NCBI GenBank assembly: GCA_963663805.2
Contig: CAXXMR010000033.1
Span: 1 to 41,294, forward strand
Length of the DNA stretch: 41,294 nucleotides
Origin: Sedimentisphaerales bacterium
Lineage (GTDB): Bacteria > Planctomycetota > Phycisphaerae > Sedimentisphaerales > SM23-30
Reading direction: 5' to 3'
The notes under the pieces were generated by a model that made no database searches, was not told the origin of the DNA, and saw only the letters and a list, made by a program, of their open reading frames with translations. Positions 35,763 to 41,294 of this stretch are shown one piece after another (the first letter of the stretch is position 1; each line of letters begins with the position of its first letter). Position numbers and translations under genes: made by a program.

Positions 35763-36881
35763 ATGACCCAAGATCCCATCAGAATACTGGTTGTTGACGA
35801 CACTGTTACCTACAGAAAGATTGTCACGGACATATTAAAGGATGTCGATGATTTTGAGGTGATAGGTGCCGCCGCCAACGGTAAAATCGCCCTCCAGAAA
35901 ATCCAGCAGTTCAAACCTGATATTATTACTCTGGACCTGGAAATGCCCGAACTAGATGGTATCGGACTGCTCAAGGAAATTAAGAAACAAAACATCCAGG
36001 TCGGCACTATCATGCTCAGCGCCTTTACAACTAAAGGAGCCGAATCAACCGTCGCAGCCCTGGAATTGGGGGCTTTTGATTTTGTGGTTAAACCCAACGA
36101 CCTGGATATTGAGGCAAACAAACAGAGTCTTCGTACCCACCTCATTCCCAAAATCAGAATCTACGCCCGTACCATAAATATTAAACGTCAGGCTTCACAA
36201 AAACCAGCACCTGCGTCCGTATCTAAGCCGAAAAAACTCACCGATGAAGTTATACGCCGGATGACTGATGTTATCACTGGTGTTAAAAACAGACCGGAAA
36301 TCGTCGTCCTCGGAATCTCTACCGGAGGCCCCCAATCACTAACCAAAATGCTGCCCGAACTGCCCGCGGATTTCCCTTTGCCGATTTTGATTGTCCAGCA
36401 CATGCCTCCCATGTTTACCGCGTCACTAGCACAGGACCTCAATAAAAAATGTAACCTTACTGTCTCCGAAGGTTTTCAGGGCCAACAGGTACTGCCCGGA
36501 CATATCATTATCGCCCCCGGCGGCAAGCAAATGAAAGTACAGAAAACACTGGCCCAGACCACTATCGTCGTCAACGATGACCCACCGGAAAACAACTGCC
36601 GGCCCGCCGTCGATTACCTTTTTCGCTCTGCCGCACACAGCTACGGCGGAAACGTTATTGGTGTAATTATGACCGGAATGGGATACGATGGAAAACTCGG
36701 ATGCAAACTACTCAAAAGGAGAGGAGCGATAATCGTCGCTCAGAATGAAGAGACATGTGTTGTATACGGAATGCCCAAACAACCCATAGAAGAAGGTATC
36801 GCCGACGTTATCGCACCATTGGATAAAATTGCCAATACCATTAACCAACTATCACGAAGCGGAGTCGCCCTATGCAGGTAA
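35763..36881 (+). CDS. cheB: Chemotaxis methylesterase CheB (REC + esterase)
   Basis: REC: ITLDLEMP. Catalytic motifs GISTGG, QHMP and MTGMGYDG; also VVYGMP. Confidence 0.96.
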   Translation: MTQDPIRILVVDDTVTYRKIVTDILKDVDDFEVIGAAANGKIALQKIQQFKPDIITLDLEMPELDGIGLLKEIKKQNIQVGTIMLSAFTTKGAESTVAALELGAFDFVVKPNDLDIEANKQSLRTHLIPKIRIYARTINIKRQASQKPAPASVSKPKKLTDEVIRRMTDVITGVKNRPEIVVLGISTGGPQSLTKMLPELPADFPLPILIVQHMPPMFTASLAQDLNKKCNLTVSEGFQGQQVLPGHIIIAPGGKQMKVQKTLAQTTIVVNDDPPENNCRPAVDYLFRSAAHSYGGNVIGVIMTGMGYDGKLGCKLLKRRGAIIVAQNEETCVVYGMPKQPIEEGIADVIAPLDKIANTINQLSRSGVALCR

Positions 36882-37726
36882 CTTCTGAAGAAATCCAGGT
36901 TATCGCCAGACTTGTTAAAGACCTTTGCGGTGTCATGCTCGACCAGACTAAGGGCTATCTCATCGAGTCCAGACTATCTTCAGTCGCCGAAAAAGCCGGA
37001 TGCAAGTCGTTCAGTGAACTTTACTACAAATCGAGATATGACCAGAACAAGGCCCTTCAGGAAGAAATCATCGATGCCATTACCACTCAGGAAACTCTCT
37101 TCTTCCGTGACAACTCACCTTTCGATGCCCTCAAACACAAAGCCCTGCCCGAACTAATCGATGCCCGGGCCAACACGCCGTATCCAAAACGTATCAGAAT
37201 CTGGTCAGCCGCTTGCAGTACCGGCCAGGAACCCTACAGTATCGCCATGATACTCCGCAAGCTCATTCCCGACATAGACTCCTGGAACATTACCATAACC
37301 GCCACCGACATCGCTGATGTCGCCATCGCCCAGGCCAGCCTTGGCAAATATGCCGACCATGAAATCAGACGCGGAATGCCTCCTGAAGACCTCCAGAAAT
37401 ATTTCATTCACGAAGGTAATACCTGGAAAGTCAAAGACGAGCTGCGTTCAATGATTAAATTCCAGAAGTTAAACCTCCATCAAAGCTTCATCGGACTGGG
37501 CCCGTTCGACATTATCTTCTGTCGAAATGTCGCCATATATTTTTCACAAGAAGCCAGAAGAGATCTCTTTCTCAGACTATCCGAAAAACTCACCCCTGAT
37601 GGCTATCTCTTTGTCGGTTCCTCTGAATCACTTTCGGACATAGGGCCTCGCTTTGCACCCCAAAATCATTGCCGAGCCGTTTTCTACAGACCAAACCTGC
37701 AAGTTCCCACGCTAGCTGCGGTCTGA
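36872..37726 (+). CDS. cheR: Chemotaxis methyltransferase CheR
   Basis: TTQETLFFRD, RIWSAACSTGQEPYS, FDIIFCRNVAIYF and GYLFVGSSE. Confidence 0.96.
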   Translation: MQVTSEEIQVIARLVKDLCGVMLDQTKGYLIESRLSSVAEKAGCKSFSELYYKSRYDQNKALQEEIIDAITTQETLFFRDNSPFDALKHKALPELIDARANTPYPKRIRIWSAACSTGQEPYSIAMILRKLIPDIDSWNITITATDIADVAIAQASLGKYADHEIRRGMPPEDLQKYFIHEGNTWKVKDELRSMIKFQKLNLHQSFIGLGPFDIIFCRNVAIYFSQEARRDLFLRLSEKLTPDGYLFVGSSESLSDIGPRFAPQNHCRAVFYRPNLQVPTLAAV

Positions 37727-37765
37727 TGGAAGTTGAAAACCTGCCCGTCATCTGATGAAACAGAC

Positions 37766-38953
37766 TCATTCAGTCTGCGGTGGTGTCATATCAGATTCTT
37801 CGTTCAGCATATCACGGAATTTTTCTATCCGATAAAACGTAAGATAATTCGCGTCGTGAAAGCGTGCTCCGCCATACTGGTCATCATGCGCCATCCGTAA
37901 CGCCGAAATAATATCATCACCATCAAAAACCCAGGCAGGGTACTGGAACGCATGCTTTTCCGTATCGGGATGATAAAGCAGAATCTTATGCGTCTTCCAA
38001 CTTCGCAAATCCTCTGACGAAACCACCGCCAAAGCATTGCGAATTTTACCAACCCGCTTATCATTACGGTCGCAAGGCAGCATCGGGTTCACTAACGACC
38101 AGTAGCGATTGGTTTTCTCGTCATAACGAATAGTAAACTTCTTATCCGAAGCACCCGGCATATCCACCAGCCCGCTCTTCTCTTCAAAACTTATCCGCTT
38201 ACCGTCCTCGCTAACCTCAAGCACCGCCGCCTTTTCAACCGGCCCCAAGCACCCCGTCCTCAGAATATCCACCACTTTACCGTCGGGTGCCAACACCGCG
38301 TTACCTTCCAGCCAGTGACGTATTGGACTGCCTTCCGGCACCGGTAGAAAATTCGTATATGTCCAACTGGCCGCATCCAGCAAATCTGCATCCACCGCAG
38401 CACTCATCATCCCCGCCTCAAAACTGCCCCACTTATCCGGTATCCCCATCCGCTCCACCGCCCGCCATAAACGCCCATTATGTATCAGAATCGGCATCGG
38501 TGCCGTATGATACTGAGCGTCCGTCCTCAACAGCCCGCTCTTGCCGTCCTTAGGCGTGGTCCAGCTTTTACCACCGTCCAGCGACCGAAAAATCACAATA
38601 TCACCGTATTCCTTATGCATCCCCAGCAGATAAACATCACCCTTATGCATAAACAGTGTCGACCAGAAAACCCCTTCCAGCCTCGCAAGATGCTCCCAGC
38701 ACAGCCCCTTGTCCTTCGAAATATAAACATTCGTAACCGCCGCGACGCGATAAGCAGAACCAGGCCCAAACTCATCAAACTTGGCTAGATAACTGCCGTC
38801 CGGCAGAATCAAAATCCCCGGCGAACCAACATAAACTCCGCTATCATAGCGAGAATAAGCGATCGTAACCCCCGGCACTTCATCAATCTGCCCCCAAACG
38901 ACCGCTGTTGACATCAACAAAACTCCAAAAACAAAAATTAAGACCTTTTTCAT
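37766..38953 (-). CDS. Secreted BNR/Asp-box sialidase-like (GH33-like) beta-propeller protein
   Basis: Signal peptide; Asp boxes SKDKGLCW, SLDGGKSW and SEDLRSW; also WLEGN and FQYP. Confidence 0.8.
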   Translation of the reverse strand: MKKVLIFVFGVLLMSTAVVWGQIDEVPGVTIAYSRYDSGVYVGSPGILILPDGSYLAKFDEFGPGSAYRVAAVTNVYISKDKGLCWEHLARLEGVFWSTLFMHKGDVYLLGMHKEYGDIVIFRSLDGGKSWTTPKDGKSGLLRTDAQYHTAPMPILIHNGRLWRAVERMGIPDKWGSFEAGMMSAAVDADLLDAASWTYTNFLPVPEGSPIRHWLEGNAVLAPDGKVVDILRTGCLGPVEKAAVLEVSEDGKRISFEEKSGLVDMPGASDKKFTIRYDEKTNRYWSLVNPMLPCDRNDKRVGKIRNALAVVSSEDLRSWKTHKILLYHPDTEKHAFQYPAWVFDGDDIISALRMAHDDQYGGARFHDANYLTFYRIEKFRDMLNEESDMTPPQTE

Positions 38954-38988
38954 AACACGCCTTTCCGTAATCCTATTTTAATTATTTA

Positions 38989-39225
38989 TCATTCATCCTG
39001 ACGGAATTTTATTTTGACATCTTTAGTCCGATGCCAGAGACACACCAGATAACATTTATCTTTGGTCTTGCTGACTGTATAACAATTGACAGCCCGATTC
39101 GGCAGAACCGTCTTAATCGCCTCAAAATCCCCCACTAAAACTTCACCAGGCTCGCAGGTCAGCTTGAATATCTCATGACTCTCATTATCAAAAGCCATTA
39201 CCAAAAGCATAATATGTCTTTTCAT
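38989..39225 (-). CDS. Small hypothetical protein
   Basis: 78-codon ORF filling the gap between two co-oriented genes. No motif recognised. Confidence 0.35.
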   Translation of the reverse strand: MKRHIMLLVMAFDNESHEIFKLTCEPGEVLVGDFEAIKTVLPNRAVNCYTVSKTKDKCYLVCLWHRTKDVKIKFRQDE

Positions 39226-39245
39226 GAGATGCCTGCCTTAACAGA

Positions 39246-40334
39246 TCATTTACTCTTTATCTCAACCGGTAAACCTTCACCCGGCGCTACCAGAAAATTA
39301 GTTACCTCATACTTCAGGACAACTTCCTCATCTTTCTTATTATCAACCCGGGCCTTTACCAGCACCGTCGATTCCGGCGGAATATAAATATAGCCCGGCT
39401 CCTGCTTGCCGATCCCCTTCAGGTGCATTTCCACCGCCGCCATATTATGTACCTTAAAAAACCGTTTCGTCCCGTTCTTATAATGCACCGGATAAATCTT
39501 CACGCAGGCCTCGAACATAGGCCGCAGATATTCCTCCCGCCCAATCAGCATTTTCTGAAACCACACAATAGTCCGCCCTGCGAACAACGCTTCCTTAATG
39601 CCCGCCAGAGTCCTCTCCTTGGCCAGCACCCAGCGTCAGCGGACGATGGTCATCCGGCAGACTCTCCTTACGCAGGTCCGGCTGATGAATATCCGAATTT
39701 CCCAGCATCGTCAGCCCCTTCTCCACGCACCATTTATGAGCCGTGGGATAATAATCATCGTCGTTGGCAACCTCCATGCCGTGCAGCCACTTCTTCTCAT
39801 AAATCTCGGTATGAACATCCAGCCATTTGCCCTTTTCCTCGCCCTGCCAGCCCTGATGGTTCCAGAACACAAACGCCCCCTGCTTATTCGCCGCTTCGAT
39901 ACTATCGACAAACTCCGGCGTATCCAATGGCTTAACCGAATCCAGAAAATATCGCATTGAAATGGCCCGGCGGGGTATCACGCGTAATCTCCGCACCACG
40001 CTGGCACCAATATATCATGCTCAACGATTGAATAATCAATTATCTCATAAGGCCTATCCAGATTCGGCGGAATATCCTCTTTGAATTTCAAATATTCAAT
40101 ATGGTCAGTTATCGCCGTAGCGTCCAGCCCACACCGCCAAGCTTCATCGATGCGAACCGTAGGCCAGACCCGCCCATCCGAAAAAACCGTGTGACTATGA
40201 AAATCACATTTCAAAGTCACATAACCCGGAACATCCGGAAAACTTATCTCCTTGCGAACATCAACCGCCAACCCCAACCCGCACCAAACCGCCAGAACCG
40301 CCCCCACCATAAGAACAGACCGCTTCATCTTCAT
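39246..40334 (-). pseudogene. Secreted PHP-domain phosphoesterase interrupted by three +1 frameshifts (pseudogene or sequencing error)
   Basis: Signal peptide; CDFHSHTVFSDG, AITDH, GAEITR..PPGHFNAIF, WNHQGW, GMEVAN and GNSDIH. Removing one base each at ~40001, 39946-39949 and 39629-39631 restores a single reading frame. Confidence 0.88.
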
Positions 40335-40534
40335 CTTAATTCACCTTAATTGTAGTCTAATTAATAATATTACTGACCCATTCTATAAACTCCGTACAGA
40401 ATTGTCACGAACGGAAAACAAAAATCCCCAAAATGCCACTTACCGCCTCAACCCATTTGTCGAGGGACTAACCGCCTTATCGGTATCAAAAATGCACTTT
40501 TTTGACTTCTAAGTGCGAAAGTCGGGTTAAAATA

Positions 40535-40563
40535 TTGACACCCCACTCGAATACAGCTAGCAT
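40535..40563 (+). promoter_or_regulatory. Sigma70-type promoter for tRNA-Leu
   Basis: TTGACA-17 nt-TAGCAT. Confidence 0.6.
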
Positions 40564-40613
40564 TATTGCCAACATTGATTTGAGCATCCCGACAGACAGG
40601 ATGCGAAGTACCG

Positions 40614-40696
40614 GGCCGAGTGGCGGAATGGCAGACGCTGGGGACTTAAAATCCCCTGCCCGCAAGGGCGTATGGGTTCGAGTCCCATCTCGGCTA
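40614..40696 (+). tRNA. tRNA-Leu (TAA)
   Basis: GGCCGAG/CTCGGCT acceptor stem, GGGGA-CTTAAAA-TCCCC anticodon arm, long variable arm GCCC-GCAA-GGGC, and GGTTCGAGTCC. Discriminator A; CCA is not encoded. Confidence 0.96.
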
Positions 40697-40839
40697 TTCA
40701 ATAAAATTAATTGTCCGTCATAAATACATATATAACAAAATGTTATACGTCTAAACAGAATCCCCTAAAAAGACCTGGCAGCACTTAAACAGCGCGAGCC
40801 ACAAGAAATTATTAGCAAAAAAACAGTGGTTTTATCAAC

Positions 40840-41113
40840 AGCGATAGTAAATCATGATAATAGGCCGAAAAACGTTCGGTTGCCGCGGCAATCATGGCTT
40901 TGTGCCTGGGGACGCCCTCTCTGATATGGACATTAAACTGGTCCATAATCAAAATAGCGTTATTGACCAGCTTCAGCCCACGCGATCCATAGTTAGACCA
41001 TCCAGCCCATGGTTGACCAGTATCGCCAAAGCAGCTTCAAAAATCGCATCTTTCATCATTGTTTCCACTGCCGCTTTTTTCTTCTCTGACAGATCCTTTT
41101 CTGGAAAACTCAA
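40840..41113 (-). pseudogene. Remnant joining a TetR-family N-terminus to an AcrB/RND permease C-terminal fragment
   Basis: 41113-40973 reads ...MMKDAIFEAALAILVNHGLDGLTMDRVG*. 40967-40840 reads VNNAILIMDQFNVHIREGVPRHKAMIAAATERF/RPIIMI/TIA, with two +1 slips in T runs. Neither is in the ORF track. Confidence 0.72.
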
Positions 41114-41163
41114 AAAACAATTTTCCCCTTTCCGGCCCCGCTAAGTTTTTATAAAATAAAGGC

Positions 41164-41294
41164 ATGAGTGCATTTGAAATATTGATGATAATGTTATTTG
41201 TCGCCCTGGCAGGCGGAATCATGGTAATGGCCGTCATTCTGTTCAAACGCCCCGGTACGAGGTAAAGACAGTCCCCTCAACCTGTTGCAGCAGC
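41164..41294 (+). CDS. Probable start of a membrane-anchored protein running off the window (apparent +1 frameshift near 41260)
   Basis: MSAFEILMIMLFVALAGGIMVMAVILFKRPGTR* (41164-41265). The +1 frame continues GKDSPLNLLQQ to the window edge. Confidence 0.4.

Noticed and set aside
39595..40010. Programmed ribosomal frameshifting in the PHP gene
   Set aside because: Three separate slips would be needed, there are no canonical slippery heptamers, and the same insertion pattern recurs in neighbouring sequences.
41164..41294. Naming the last partial gene rmuC
   Set aside because: A TM helix followed by LLQQ is suggestive, but too little sequence is visible and the reading needs a frameshift.

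Overview
Bacterial chromosomal window. The gene content (DUF1559-like prepilin, repeated 'D-x-N-x-D..V...D....WL' dockerin-like tags, PEP-CTERM, URO-D-family protein, sulfatase) suggests Planctomycetota, probably Phycisphaerae/Sedimentisphaerales; this is inference. (1) 1-12837: a co-oriented carbohydrate-utilisation locus with a LacI/GntR-type sensor, a five-CBM dockerin-like protein, two GxGYxYP-family proteins, a DUF1559-like pilin, a sodium:solute symporter and a URO-D-family protein. (2) 12840-18200: tRNA-Cys, tRNA-Pro and tRNA-Arg surrounded by mobile-element debris (IS3 and IS66 fragments, and a serine-recombinase tail that ends inside tRNA-Pro), plus rdgB and a PEP-CTERM gene. The IS3 3' end carries its own promoter-like site and a strongly self-complementary ~200 nt segment, a candidate ncRNA. 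(3) 18200-29500: sulfatase, S8 protease, GH38 mannosidase, gspG/gspH-like pseudopilins, a FixJ-type regulator, a methyltransferase/D-Ala-D-Ala-ligase-like fusion and an AsmA-like protein. (4) 29963-37726: an RsbU/RsbW/RsbV partner-switching module directly followed by hybrid cheA-cheW-cheB-cheR, with no receptor and no stand-alone CheY. (5) 37766-end: a BNR/sialidase-like protein, a PHP phosphoesterase broken by three +1 insertions, tRNA-Leu and a TetR/AcrB deletion remnant. No CRISPR array or rRNA was seen. All family calls come from motif recognition by eye; no searches were run.
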